DNA of 64,000 nt from Octopus bimaculoides (lineage: Eukaryota). Positions within the stretch are counted from its first letter, which is position 1. Each line of letters starts with the position of its first letter. This document shows, one piece after another, positions 39,957 to 53,942 of this stretch. Made by a program: the position numbers and the translations under genes. The DNA lies in NCBI RefSeq assembly GCF_001194135.2, contig NC_068984.1, forward strand, positions 102,946,901 to 103,010,900, in the 5' to 3' direction. The notes beneath the pieces were generated by a model. The model was not told the DNA's origin. It saw only the letters and a list, made by a program, of their open reading frames with translations, and did not search any database.

Positions 39957-41646
39957 TTGATATTGCAGAGGTTGGAACTGCCAAAGTACCTTGGCATTAC
40001 TTTCTTAATCTTTCTTAGAATTTTTGAGCAATGCTACAGAAGGACCACACAGAACAACCTCATTGATAAGGCGTCATTGGAAGGTACATCCAAGCTTTTA
40101 TTCAAGTTATATTAATAGTAAACTGGCATCAGTTTTTGACAAACTGGGTTACAATTATTAGAAAGCAAAATACACGTTTCCTAAAGCTGTACACATCCTG
40201 AAGCATGAGTATGAACCAGTTTAGCTCCAACAACTTATCTCTTCTGCGTCTTCTCTTGACATGTGTAGCACTATGCCACTTCATTCTACAGCAGATTTTT
40301 ATAAAGTTGTTAAGAAAGCTAAAAGAATCCTGTCAACGTTGTTTAGCAACTTCTCAATAGTTTCTTATGTGAAGTATACACGTCTATTCTCCAAAGAAAC
40401 AGCAAATATTATTTGATTAAATTGAATTGCAAGCTGCCTCATAGCTACTACTGCTATGCTTGGCTAACATGGCAGTTATTTGAAAATGTCGCTTTATCTC
40501 AGTTTCTTTCAGTTAGCGATTGAAGGTCAACATAAGAAAGAGGTCTTGTCGACCAAAATTTCTGAATTGTGTATTTGTAACCAAATGAAGGATAGTAAAT
40601 ATAAGTGAAGAATGAAAATACTCGAGTTCTCCAGTAAATATAGAAGGGAGATAATTCATATTCCAAAACTTTGGAGATGTGCCTCATTACCTCCTACACC
40701 CTTCTGATGTTCTTAATTCTCATTCCTGACCTGAAGTTTCTACAGCATTTTTGTTAACATACATGGACTCTGATAAGTAATCCCTTTTCATTCTTCAACA
40801 TTCCTTTTCTTTGTTAATCATTAGACTCAATACATATACAAAATTGACAAATACATTCTTACTAAGTATTTGGACGACTGTTAGATAATTTTAAAATGAT
40901 ACCCAACTTGACCTCGACAGAAAATTAATAGATGCTCGCATAGTAGTCTCCATTTTCTCGTAATAGATCAATACGCCTCTTTGACTGGAAGTTCTCTTTT
41001 TCACTTTGTTTCAACTGATCAGCATTCCATTTCAAAGAAGTGTTATTTCTCTGTCACTTCAACATTATGAGCAGCACGATTAGCAAGCTAAGAAACCGAT
41101 AGATGACCTCATAAACGTAGTGCTTTGGAAGAAAAAGGTAATCCAATAACCGAAAATATATACCTAGCTGCAAACAGAGTTAAAAACGAACAAAAACAAT
41201 ATATGCAGAACTGTAAAGAAAGAAAAGGTGGAACAAACGAGAACGTGGAACTATTTGAACGAGTTTAGGAAGAATAAGACGAAATGTGGAAAGGAAAGAA
41301 AAGATTAACAGATTTACATGTTTTAAAATATTATACTTGCAGAACAGGTAAAAATGTAATATAAATCACCGAAAAAGATATGAAAACAGTAACCAAACGT
41401 AACTGAGAAAACTATATAAAATACCTCTATAGGTTTTTTTTTTATCATGTTTTAAAATATTGTATTAGCAGAGGTAAACAATAATGCAGCATAAAATAGT
41501 GGAAAATCAACATATAAAGATTTATAACTGCTATAAGAAATTTAAGAAAGAAGAAGAAAATACAAGGAAATGTATATATATATGTTAGACTAATTTTAAG
41601 TTTTGAAATTTGATAAAAACGCGTAATATAATGAAAAACGAATCAT

Positions 41647-41738
<92 letters not shown>

Positions 41739-41814
41739 GAAAGAGAGAGAGAGAGAGTGAGAAAGAGAGAGAGAGAGAGTGAGAAAGAGAGAGAGAGAGA
41801 GAAGGGGAGATAGG

Positions 41815-41859
<45 letters not shown>

Positions 41860-42689
41860 GCTTATATTCATACATTCATACACACATGCATTCATACATA
41901 CTTATAAATATGTGTGCAGATGTTGTGCGCGTGTAAGTGTGTATGTGTGTGTGTGTGTGTCTGTCTGTCTGTCTGTCTGCGTGTTTTATTCTCCGCACGT
42001 AGGTTTGAAAAATTCAACAGTTTACCATAAGTCTGAGTGAAATGATAATAAGAGAAAAATAAAGTAAGGTATTTTACAATAACAAAAGTTGACAGAGAAA
42101 AGAAAACATAAAAAATCTATAGTCAGAATAAGAAATAGTTTTGCTGTACTCTATACGTGTGATTGTACCGAAGATATTCCCAACAGGTTAGCTGATCTAT
42201 GGTCGAAGTATTATAAAAATTTGAAAGAGAAAATTATGATATAAAACACAACTCTGACGGAAAATACATAAAACAATGGTAACATTAGTTTAAATATGGA
42301 ATGGTATCACCAGAGAATTCTAGGATGTAATTTTGTCTATTCTGTCACAATACAGCAAGAATGATTTAAAGCATGTGATAGATGCCACATATTCTTGACC
42401 ATGTGTACACTTAGGGGTTTAGTTTTTTGAAACACTGACAACGAAAAGAGCATCACAAACACACACGAAAATACTGGTACACACTCACTCACACACACAC
42501 AAACACAAATACACACACTTTCTTTTATGCGTTACAGCTATGCGACTGCGGCAATGTACCCATTTCACAGCTGTATTATGTAGTTGAATTCTTCAAGGTA
42601 GTGTGACTTCCTATCACCACGCTTGTGTGTGCTTTTTACCTGGTTGTTGGCTCATTTAGTGAATGATCGAGTTTCGCACTGCTGCCCTC

Positions 42690-42900
42690 ACCTGTACTTC
42701 ATGCTAAGATGTTAGTTCTTTGGGTATCTGAATAGAAGGATGTCCAGTTCCTTTTTCAAGACATCCATATGGTATAGGTTTCTTAATTTTCATGGTAGAG
42801 CATTGAAAAATGTTTGGCTTTGAATTCCAAGTTATTGCCGGTCCTCATTTTGGATGAAGTTCCACTAGAAACAGTCGATGTTGCTATTTAATGTGTTGCT
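42690..42900 (-). mobile_element. CR1/L2-type LINE 3' remnant
   Basis: Minus translation FNALP*KLRNL..DVLKKELDIL resembles the CR1 ORF2 C-terminus. Confidence 0.5.
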
Positions 42901-43339
42901 CTTCCTGACACAAAATCTCAGATGTATGTAAACCTAAGCTTCCTCAGGTTTACATACATCTCCACAATTTGTATGGAAAGTATATAATCGTTAATAAAAA
43001 CAAGTCTTGCTCTATTTTCTCATTTTCGGAGGTATTAAATGTAGTCTACTCTCATAGGATATGAACTTAGAACATAGAAAGATTAAATCAATTACTGTAG
43101 GGTATATAGTCTAGTGCGGTGATATTTCGGCCAATCCACTACTTCAAGTAACAATGTCAATAACATACACACACATATGTGCACACAGTGGAACGAAACC
43201 ATCTCCAGTCCATATTTGATTCCGTCCTTGGCGAACAAGCTTCTGAACAAAAGGACATTTAATATGGAATATTTAAGTAATAACATCAAGTAATAATGGT
43301 TCCAACAGTTTCGATGGGAGATTATAAGTCGCATATCTT

Positions 43340-44390
43340 TCCCAGTCTATAACTGACACTTTATTTTATCGACCCACTATATACGCGCATGATATTAAAT
43401 AAAATCTGCAAACTCGGTGTTATTTGAATATAAAGAGTCGGAACAAATGTAAATACCACGGAGCGTATCTTCCGATGCTCTAACGATTCTGGTATCTTGC
43501 CACTTCGTTTCTGATGCCAGCAAATTTGAGGCGAAATGGTGATTCGATTATACTTCTGCCTTCTTGACTATACTTTATTTGATTGGTTCCAAAACACTGC
43601 TAGGTAAAGTTGATCTCAGTAGGATCTGAACTAAATTGAAGAATCGAAAAAATACTATGAGGCATTTTGTCGTACGCGTTGTTAATTTTGTCAATTAGCC
43701 CTTTTACAATAAAAATAATGATCCTTTCTTCAATAGGCACAAAACCTGAAATTTCGGGCTAGGGTGCTATTCGAGTACATCAACCCTAGTGATAAACTGG
43801 TGCTTTATTTCATCGACTCCAAACAAATGAATGGTAAAGGTGTTCTCGGCGGCCTTTGAACTCTACGTTAAGCCTGAAGAAATGTCGTCAGGTATTATGT
43901 CCGGCGTGGTATCAATTCTACCAGCTCAATGCTTTTACAATAATAATAACGATGGCACAAAGCCTGAAAATTTGTGTGAGGGGACTAGTCGATTACATTG
44001 ATCCCAGAATTTCACAGGTACTAAACTTTTCAACCCCGAAAGGATGAAAGGCAAAGTCGAATTCGGCGGAATTTGAACTCATAACGTAAAGACGGACGAA
44101 ATACTGCTAAGCATTCTGGCCGACGAGCAAACGATTATGCCAGCTCGCTGCCTTACTGATAATAATAGTAATAATAATCTTTTCTACTAAAAGCACTAGG
44201 CTCGAAACTTTCTGGGAGTGGTTAAGTCAATTACATCGACCTCAGTACTCATCTGGTACTAAATTTTTCGACCCCGAAAGGATGAAAGGCAAAATCGATA
44301 TCGGCGGAATCTGAACTCAGAACGTTGTGACAAGCGAAATGCCGCTAAGCATTTTGGCCGGCGTCCTAACGATTCTACCAGCTAGCCTCC
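43340..44390 (-). mobile_element. Array of about five co-oriented SINE family A copies
   Basis: Clear copies at ~43718-43930, 43935-44155 and 44170-44388; more decayed ones at ~43355-43505 and 43510-43700; AAT-rich linkers. Confidence 0.8.
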
Positions 44391-44487
<97 letters not shown>

Positions 44488-44892
44488 GGTGCAGGAGGGG
44501 CTGTGTGGTAAGTAGCTTGCTTACCAACCACATGGTTCCGGGTTCAGTCCCACTGCGTGGCACCTTGGGCAAGTGTCTTCAACTATAGCCTCGGGCCGAC
44601 CAAAGCCTTGTGAGTGGATTTGGTAGACGGAAACGGAAAGAAGCCCGTCGTTTATATGTATATATATATATATGTTTGTGTGTCTGTGTTTGTCCCCCCC
44701 ACACACACACAACATCGCTTGACAACCGATGGTGGTGTGTTTACGTCCCCGTAACTTAGTGGTTCGGCAAAAGAGACCGATAGAATAAGTACTAGGCTTA
44801 CAAAGAATAAGTCCTGGGGCCGATTTGCTCGACTAAAGGCGGTGCTCCAGCATGGCCGCAGTCAAATGACTGAAACAAGTAAAAGAGTAAAA

Positions 44893-44897
<5 letters not shown>
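44488..44897 (+). mobile_element. SINE family B, full length, between (AAT)n and (AGT)n tracts
   Basis: Best-preserved family B copy in the window. Confidence 0.92.
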
Positions 44898-44927
<30 letters not shown>

Positions 44928-47519
44928 CAGCAAAAAACCTATTGAATATATACCCTCAGAATATTTACTGGGGTTTTGTTCTTGTCCGTTCCATTATTTT
45001 TTAATGGATGAAAAGTAACAATGCTAGTTCAATTTGACCTCATAAAAGTGGGAAGAAACTAATTGCTTTTAATCCATAGTGCATCAAAATCTGCCAACTC
45101 ATTGCCATCGTTTTATTCGGTAATATTAATTTTACACCCTCAATCTGACAATATAATTCTCGATGAAAAATAAAATAATCAAGACGAGAAATATAGGACA
45201 TCCATTAATGGTTCGATTTTATTCTTTCTTCGCTCAATTTGAATTCATTATTTTTTTTGTTCCACAGAACAATTATCTAAAACTTGTGAATATAAAAATC
45301 AGCAGTTGATGTCTTCAAATATTTCACTCAAATATTTCAAAATCGCATTTACTCTCAATCCAAATTCGATCCACATTTTTTCTCTCCCTTAAAATAATGT
45401 TCACATACCTTTCTCAGGAGAAATCTAAAATATTTTACGTTTTATGTCTTCTTCCACAAAATACTAAAACTAAAAATAAAATGCAAATTTTTGAATATTT
45501 ATTTGAATTTTTTTTTATATTTTTCGAACGCTATAATATTTTCTTATAACATTCCAAATTTTAAAATTTTATGAAAATTGTTTTTCTTCCTTGATTGTTA
45601 TTGTGGCATTTTATATTATTTTTTATTAAATAAGAAAAAAATTTGCCCTAATTATGTGATAAGTTCAATCACTAACTTTCAGTAGCAAATACTGATTATG
45701 AAGTTCTTTTATTTCCTGTTTTGTCTAAATTGTTTAAATAGCAATGATTAAAATAAAACAAAGAAAAAAAAAAGAAAAATAACAATAGTCTGCTGATGTG
45801 AATACTGAGTTTTGGAATATTCCGGAATTTGTTTGGTTTTTACTAGTTACATACCAACGCTTTATTGTAGTGTGATACTTTTAATTGAATCGATTCCTAC
45901 ATATTACTGGTATTTGTAATATCGACCGTACAGTACTAAAAGTGTGCGTGCGTAAAAAAGAAATGAATATTTTGGGGGGCTATAGACATTGAGAAACATC
46001 CACAAAGTGTCACACCATGACTGCAACATAAACATTAATGTAAAAAACTTCGAATGTGAGAAAGAAACGAGTTAATATTTCAATGTGATATATGAAGGTA
46101 ATTCGAGTTGCTGCTTCTGGATCAAATACGTTCCTTCAGTGACCCTACTGTTCCCTTGTATTTCATGATTTACATCATCCAATGTATCTTTCTATGTTTC
46201 GGAAGTACAGGAAGTAGTTTGAGAGTGTTTCACTACTACTTTTGGTAGGTATAATTGACACGTCAACTAACTTTAATAGTGTATTAGAGTTTCTGACTAT
46301 AATGTCTCGTAGTATTTAATTTCATCCCTCTTGTCTTACATTCCTGCATCGAGTGCAGTAAGCAGTAAATATTTATACATTCAGACAGATTTAATCCATC
46401 ATTTTCTCTTTTAAAATTCTGATAAAAAAATAACTAATATAATTCATTTTTCATAGATAACGTTGGCAGTTACGAACAATTGTCTTTTTTTAACTGATAC
46501 CAAAAAAGTAAGATGATTGATTAAATATATCAGTTTGATGTAACCCTACAGTCTGATACAGGATTATTTAGAGTTATAAACTTTCTGAGGATTAGAGTAT
46601 TTGAATCCGATTTTATTAGATTAACACAAATTTATTGAGAATAGGGTGTTTCCATGCATATTCACTGTAGTCTACTAACAAAGAACTGATTTTTATGTAA
46701 ACATATAAATTGATTTTGAGAAATCAAATCATAAATTCTTTAAATTATCTCTCCTTGTCTTAAGGGATCGAAAACAATTGCACAAGGCTTCTCTTCTCAT
46801 TCTCTTACTAAGAGGTGAATTTTATTTTATTGAAAAATGTTTGCACACGGTATTCAATGCATTACCTTATCTAAATTTACACCGATGATTATTTAGACTA
46901 AGAGGATTCATGCATATTAATATTGGTCGCAATTTTTCCTGACGCTTTTCTTGTTTGTAAAATTCTTTATCAAATCAGGCTCCAATTTGACTGCGCTTCA
47001 CTGTTGAGATCCTGTATAGTGCAACATATCTGTAGCTGTCGCCTTGCGAACAAAGACCACATCTTCCCTTACCGTGTGTGAAATTAATTCTTAATTTCAT
47101 GGAATTTAGTAAATATACTAACATACTAGAGTTTCAGTTTGTTGGTGTGTATGAGGCTATACAGATATATGCGTATGTTTGTTAGTGTGTATGAGGTTGT
47201 ACACGTATATACGTATGTGTGTGGAGGATTAATATTCCTAGTCGAAGAGTGTCGCCTCTTCAGGGGAATCATATCTCTGACTATACTTTGTTGTTCTATT
47301 TTTCGATTGTTTCTTTTTAATCGAAAGGATCTTCTTGTTCTAATTCTCGTGAGTGAATAGAATGATACTGCTGCTAGAGGTCGCTTCTTTCTCGTTTAGT
47401 TTTTGCTCTAGGTGACTCTTATTGATTCAGCCGATTATAGCTGGGTTCTTCTATCTTGTGATCAGTATTAGTAATGCGAATAGTTGAATTATTTCGCCGA
47501 CTACAAATTAGTGTTCACT

Positions 47520-47688
47520 GTCGCCTTAAAACCTTTGATCCCCACCGTTCATTCTTTCTGCTATTCTTTAATTTTATTGCCCCTGAAAGGATGAAAAGCA
47601 AAGTTGAACTTATGGCTTAAAAAGCCAGGAGAAATGTCCCAAAGCACTGTGTCCGACGCGCTAATGACTCTGCTAGCTAATTGCCTTG
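47520..47688 (-). mobile_element. SINE family A, diverged
   Basis: Rc AAGGCAATTAGCTAGCAGAGTCATTAGCGCGTCGGAC...CTTTGCTTTTCATCCTTTCAGGG. Confidence 0.7.
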
Positions 47689-47711
47689 ATGATGATAATA
47701 ATAATAATTTT

Positions 47712-48505
47712 TTTCTTTATTGGCCATCATGGCCGAACACAAAACACAGAGGACGATGCACAAACGAGGGACAGTAAGTTTAAGCATGCAAACAGCCAGC
47801 AAATACAACGATTAAGAAAGAGATTAAATCAAAAATATGCTTCCCCAATAGGGGGGAAGTTCCACTGTAAGGTGACCAAAGAGACCTCACACACTTTGGA
47901 CTCTTTAACACCAATGGCTCCTCAGGAAGGCATCCTCTCTTCTCCCTTCCATTCGGCCTACTGGCGCACACTTAGAGTAGGTCCATTCACGCGGCCCATT
48001 CTTATCACATTCAGCCACCTTTGAACGAACTTACAAGGTGTCAGTACTTGCCTCTCCAGCCTCAATTTCCTTTTCAGGTAGAACCTGAAAATATCAATGA
48101 GGCCTTGGCCAAAAAGGAAGGTACCTGTCTTCAACCCTTTCAATCGCGCCCACCACACAGCTTCTTTTGTCATAGCCACCAGACAGGGGCATGGAACGAC
48201 AGTCAGGTGACAGTATATGACGGATGTACGTATTTCCCACTTCCGCCCGACATTTCAGAGACAGCTTCCTCTCGACCAGTTTCTGGGTGAGACTGGCCAC
48301 TCTGTCTGTCACCTCTACAGAGTTCTTGTCCACTTGGAGATCAGGACCGAACCAGTCCTTGAGCAATTTAACAGGTCTTTCCATCCAGCGCCCCACAATG
48401 CTGTCGGTTAGCATGGGCCTGCCTCTCCAGGTGCCGAGCTTCAGTTCAGGCCCACTGACTTCTTGTTGATCATTGCTCCTGTCACCGCTTCGTATTCCCT
48501 TAGAG
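47712..48505 (-). mobile_element. Tx1/L1-clade LINE fragment (internally deleted) with 3' end
   Basis: LKLGTWRGRPM..PVKLL..WFGPDLQV..RKLSLKCRAEV and KEAVWWARLKGLK..LKRKLRLERQVL..RW; ends AATAAAGAAAAAA. Confidence 0.7.
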
Positions 48506-48512
48506 TAGTGCC

Positions 48513-48555
<43 letters not shown>

Positions 48556-50370
48556 ATTAATCTGCATGTTTGTTACAGTCACTTGCCGAGACACACCCAG
48601 CGTCTTGAGGCGAGTGAAGGAAAAGAGATGTTACAGTATGACTGAAAACTTGGGAAGGGGAGGTAGTGAAATATCTTGATGTAATACAACACAGATATTT
48701 AAATAGATAGGGTTTTCTAAGAATATAAGTAATACTTGTCAGCACAATCTTTTGGATTTTTCTGAGACATGGTTCTCCTGTTTCTGACATTCCCTTTTTT
48801 TTTATCAAACCTAGAGCACCTACAATAACAGGAACAGTTCTCGTTCTAAGATGCCACATCTTTTGTATTTGAATTTTCAAGTCACTATATTTATCTAGTT
48901 TGTCAAATTCCTTGACAGATATAATTTTAACAGTGGGAACATTTACATCTATTAGTGTACAAGCCTTTTCTTCACTTTTTGTTATCTCTGGTCTGGTCGA
49001 TTATGTCTGGTAGATTAGCCTGGATCGTTCTATCAGCGTTGACTGGGGAATCCCTGAGGATAGTGAAATTTTTACCTTCAACGACTGGCTCAGGATGATG
49101 TTCATACCAGTAAGCTGGAGTGCTGATTTTGTAGTGTTTACATATTTTCCAATGTAAATACTGTCCTACCCTATCGTGATGATTTTTATATTCGTTTGGT
49201 GTCAGCACAGGACATCCCGAGACAAGATGGTTTGTTGTTTCATGAAATGTGTCGCGGAATCTGCATTGAGGGTCAGAACCGTTTTGACGAACGTTAGCCT
49301 GGTAGTTTTTTGTGAGCAAGCTTTGGTCTTATGCCGCCAATATGAAACCTTCAGTCTCTGCTTTCAGTCCTGAACTTCTCAGCCACTGATGGGTTGAAAT
49401 TAATCTACATCAACATTTCGACTTCGAAGTATATACTGTCCATGCAGAGGCTTCTGGCTCTATCGCTCCTCAATTTGTTTCTATCCGTTCTCTTTCGCAG
49501 TCTGATTGATCCAATATGCCCGTTTTGTGGCGGTGGTTTCAGGTTCTTCAATTCTTTCAGGTTTAATGTCAAGTTCCCTTGCGAATTTGCAAGCTTCCTT
49601 GACAATCGAATGTGACTTTTTGTTGCTTTCGTGTTTGCACACAAGTCGCAGCGTCCAGTCCTCTGTACTAGATAAGTACCTGTTCATTGCTATTGTGGAG
49701 GTCTTATAGGACAGTTCTACCTGCATCATTCCTCTTCCCCCATTACTTCTAGGTAGGTAGAGACGATATCAGCATCTGCTTTTGGGTGCTGCATGTTCTT
49801 AGAAGCTGGTATTTTTTCTTGTCTTACTGTCCAGGCGTTGGAGCTCTGTAAGATTCCAGTTAAATGTGTTAAAACTATATTGGACCACGGGAAGTGACGG
49901 GTGTTAATGGCATCGATGAAATTTTTAGAGTTCAGTTTTTAGTATGAGTCTTATTCTCTTGTAATATTCTTTTCTTATTTTTTCCTTCATAACAGCATGT
50001 TATATACCATCTCCTTCATTTATCCCCAGGTATCTGTAATTATCTTGTGGGTCAAGCTACTTGATAGTAGTGTCGGTATCTAATTTAATGGAAGCTATCT
50101 GCCTAAGCTTGCCTCTTACAAGAGTTGCTTTAGCACACTTTTCAAGGCCAAAGTCCATCCTGATGTCATAGCTGAATTCTTTAACAGTTGTTAGCAGCCC
50201 TACTAGCTCTTCGTCATTTCTAGCAAACAGCTTCAGATCGTCCATATAAAACAGTTGGTTTATTGTCGTATTGTAAACCTTGAAACCATACCTGGTGTTA
50301 TTTAGTTCCTTTGAGAGTGGGATCAATGCCATGCAAAGGAGTAATGGGGAGAGGAAGTCCCCTCGAAATA
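48506..50370 (-). mobile_element. R4/Dong-clade LINE 3' half (RT, CCHC, RLE, 3' UTR, (TAA)n tail), frameshifted
   Basis: RGDFLSPLLLC, LFYMDDLKLFARN, CRF..ETTNHLVSGCPVL..YKNHHDRVGQYLHWKIC, VPVIVGALG; (TAA)n at 48506-48555. Confidence 0.92.
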
Positions 50371-50461
50371 TATATATATATATAATATATATATATANNN
50401 NNNNNNNNNNNNNNNNNNNNNNNNNNNNNNNNNNNNNNNNNNNNNNNNNNNNNNNNNNNNN

Positions 50462-51430
50462 GAAACACCTTAAAATTTCAAACAAATTAATTTTAATATG
50501 GAGTTGGAACGCCTTTGGCAATAATTACACCTTGAATTCTACGAGGTATTGACTCGTACAAAGTTTGAATTATTTCCAAAGAAATTTTTGTTCATTCTTC
50601 AGCTAAAACAGTCTCCAGTTCTTGTAGTGATGATGGTGGAGGATATCCACTCCTTACTTGTTTTTCTAAAATGCACCATAAATGTTCAATAACATTGAGC
50701 TCTGGGGACTATGGTGGCCAGATAAGATGTTCAACTTCACTAGAATGTTCCTCGTGCTATTCAGTAACAAAGTTAGTTGTGTGAATTGGTGCATTATCAT
50801 GCTGAAAAATTGTGTTTCCCTCCGGAAACAGTTCCGCAAACATAGGATGAATTTGATCAGATAAAATGCTTAAATAGTCTTGACTATTAATTCTGCCATG
50901 AAGGGAAACCATTGGGCCGGTGGATTTCTAAGATAAAGCCCCGCATATCATCACAGATCCTCCTCCATGTTTGACAATTGGAAGAAGGCAGTCTGGGTCA
51001 AATGCTTCTTTTGGCTGTCTCCACAGGTATACTTGGCCGGTGGTCGGAAATAAGGTAAAGAATGACTCGTCCAAGAATGTAACATTCTTCCACTGCTCTA
51101 GGGACCAATTCTGTAAGTTTTTACTCCACTCTAAACGCTTTGCAATATGTGGTTTTGAAAGTAGTGGTTTTCTGATTGCAGCCCTCCTGTCAAATCCGGC
51201 TTTGTGCAACTCCCGGCGAACGGTTTTTTGTGGAAACTGGGTTCTCGAGGTGGTCGTTAAGCTCTGCTGTAATTTTTGGAGCTGTACCTTTGTGATCCAT
51301 TCTAACAATTCGCGTAAGAGTTCGACAGTTCCTATCTGAAAATTTTGGTTTTCTTCCGGAATTTTGTTTCGACGAGGAGGTTTTTCCCTCATTCTCAAAG
51401 GCTGTCATAACTTTCGAGACAGTACTTCTT
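50462..51430 (-). mobile_element. Tc1 (DD34E-type) transposon lacking its 5' end; same family as 28926
   Basis: VTFLDES..VKHGGGSVMICGA, HDNAPIH, SPELNVIEHLW; TIR remnant GAAACACC at the gap edge. Confidence 0.9.
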
Positions 51431-51994
51431 TATTTCATTACATTTGCCACAAAGACATAATACAGATGGAGCTTGTGGGTTGGACACAGACGCAATGATG
51501 ATGATGGAACGAAAACAAAAATGGTTTGTGGGGGAAGCAGCCAACTCCCGCCGATTGTTACTTCCCGATAACATTGTTCTATTTTTAAAAACACAAATGA
51601 GATGTTGAACCTCTTACAACAGTTACAAATTGAGGCGCTGTGCCTCTTACCAATCAAAAAGAGTTCAGCAAATATATTCAACTTGAGGCGCTAAGCCTCT
51701 TGCCAAGATCACCAAGTTCGAATCGAGGCACTAAGACCTCTTACTCTACCTCCCCGATTAAGTCTTTTGCTGCCAGCAGGCAGGCCTGCAGTCGCAAGCC
51801 AGGGGCCCATAATAAGGAATAATTGTATTCAGCCTTGGTAAAGGAATCCATCACCTTGCAGAAATAATTTTCCACCATGACCTCCGCAACCACCTGCGGA
51901 GACCAATCCGGGCTTTCAATGCAGGTCAGGACCTCCTGTTCCCGACCTTCCAGATTCCTCACAAAGTTCTCTACGACCCCTCCCTTAAGAAAGA
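51430..51994 (-). mobile_element. Second Tx1/L1-clade 3' end, truncating the Tc1
   Basis: CLLAAKDLI followed (frameshift) by GRVRGL parallels KEAVWWARLKGL of the 47958 fragment; ends AAATAAAGAA. Confidence 0.5.
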
Positions 51995-53653
51995 NNNNNN
52001 NNNNNNNNNNNNNNNNNNNNNNNNNNNNNNNNNNNNNNNNNNNNNNNNNNNNNNNNNNNNNNNNNNNNNNNNNNNNNNNNNNNNNNNNNNNNNNNNNNNN
52101 NNNNNNNNNNNNNNNNNNNNNNNNNNNNNNNNNNNNNNNNNNNNNNNNNNNNNNNNNNNNNNNNNNNNNNNNNNNNNNNNNNNNNNNNNNNNNNNNNNNN
52201 NNNNNNNNNNNNNNNNNNNNNNNNNNNNNNNNNNNNNNNNNNNNNNNNNNNNNNNNNNNNNNNNNNNNNNNNNNNNNNNNNNNNNNNNNNNNNNNNNNNN
52301 NNNNNNNNNNNNNNNNNNNNNNNNNNNNNNNNNNNNNNNNNNNNNNNNNNNNNNNNNNNNATATATATATATATATAGGGGACTTGGTAAATTGCACCAC
52401 TCTTGGACTGTTTTGCGATAATGTGATAATGTGATAATGTCAAGTTATATTTATGTCTAAAGTGATCTCATCTGACCACATGATATTAAAAAAACTGCGT
52501 CGGCGCTGTCTGCCTGTCATATAACTCCACGAATGCGACTAATAGCCAAAGATTAACTTGGTCACCAATGTCATTTATGGTGTCTCCGATATTCAATGCT
52601 TCAAATACTGTGGAATCAATTTATCAGCATGTGTGTCATGTAGCAATTGAACTTGTTCTTTTCTCTCTCCATTCTCAGTGTTTGAAATCATTGCATTTTG
52701 TAGCATGTGTTCTCCTTCTCCCTATATCTAAGAAGGATGCCTTCAATTACTCTTAGGTGAATATATTGAAACTTGTTGTAGCCTTGACAAGAAGCAGGGG
52801 AATCACCCAGTATTGACTTTCATGCTTGGATGATAGTTCCCAGCAGAGAAGCAGAGAAGTACACGTCTTATGATAACGGTGCCATGCAGTCATTTTCTCA
52901 TTTAAATGTTCCATGTTAAAGTCCTTTTGTTTAGAAGCTTGCTCGCCAAGTACGGAAGCAGATATGGATTAGAGACAGTTTCGTTTCACTATGTGCACAA
53001 ATTTGTGCGTATGTTATTGATATTGTTGTTACAAATTTGAGGGCTTTTGTTGTGACTGTTCCTGTGACTGATGTTATTAATTTTGTCAAACGTTTTGTTT
53101 ACAATGATACTGTTTTCTGCTGAAATGCCAAAACTACTTCTTAGGATTTTCATTGGCAAATAATATGAATGCGAAATATTGTTGTTGCTATGGCTTGCTG
53201 CATCTTTCAAAATGTTCTGAAAAATGTTGTTCCTTTTTGTTAAAGGGCTGATCTTACCCTTTTGCTTGCTTTGAAAAGAAAGCTATGTATACTTGGTTCT
53301 CTTTGTATTTCCATCTCGTGAGTCGTGATGTTTTGCTCCTTTTGTCATCTTAGGGGCGTGTTTGGTCATTGCGTTAGGAGGACATACGTTTAGAAAACTG
53401 ATAAAAGGAGAGAAAGATTAAATGTCACGAAGACCTCCCTACAAAACTTTGAGATATGACACATATTCTGGCAGACCCCCGCCATCGTAAAATTATCCAA
53501 TTTCTTTCGTGAAATTATCCAAACTTTACAGAAAATCTTTTCTATACAGCTAACAAATATCCAAATCTTAAGTAACGACCAGAACAACAACACTAATAAT
53601 AAAACGATAATAATGATGATGATTAATACTACTACTACTACTACTACTACTAC

Positions 53654-53711
<58 letters not shown>

Positions 53712-53942
53712 CCTTTCCACTATAAGCGCAACGTCTCAAATTTTGGATGGATTACATCGACCCCAGTACTCAGCTGGTATTTATTTCATCGACCTTGAGA
53801 GGGTGAAGCGGTAACATCGAACCGAGAAGAAGAAGAAGAAGAAGAAGAAGAAGAAGAAGAAGAAGAAGAAGAAGAAGAAGAAGAAGAAGAAGAAGAAGAA
53901 GAAGAAGAAGACGTACCTACTATTTGGGGAGTGACAAGTCGA

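Noticed and set aside
46110-46145. CTGAA..GGA/TCC..AGAAGC hammerhead-like words on minus; similar CTGAAGAGGC at ~47255
   Set aside because: Core motifs incomplete and no stems I or III.
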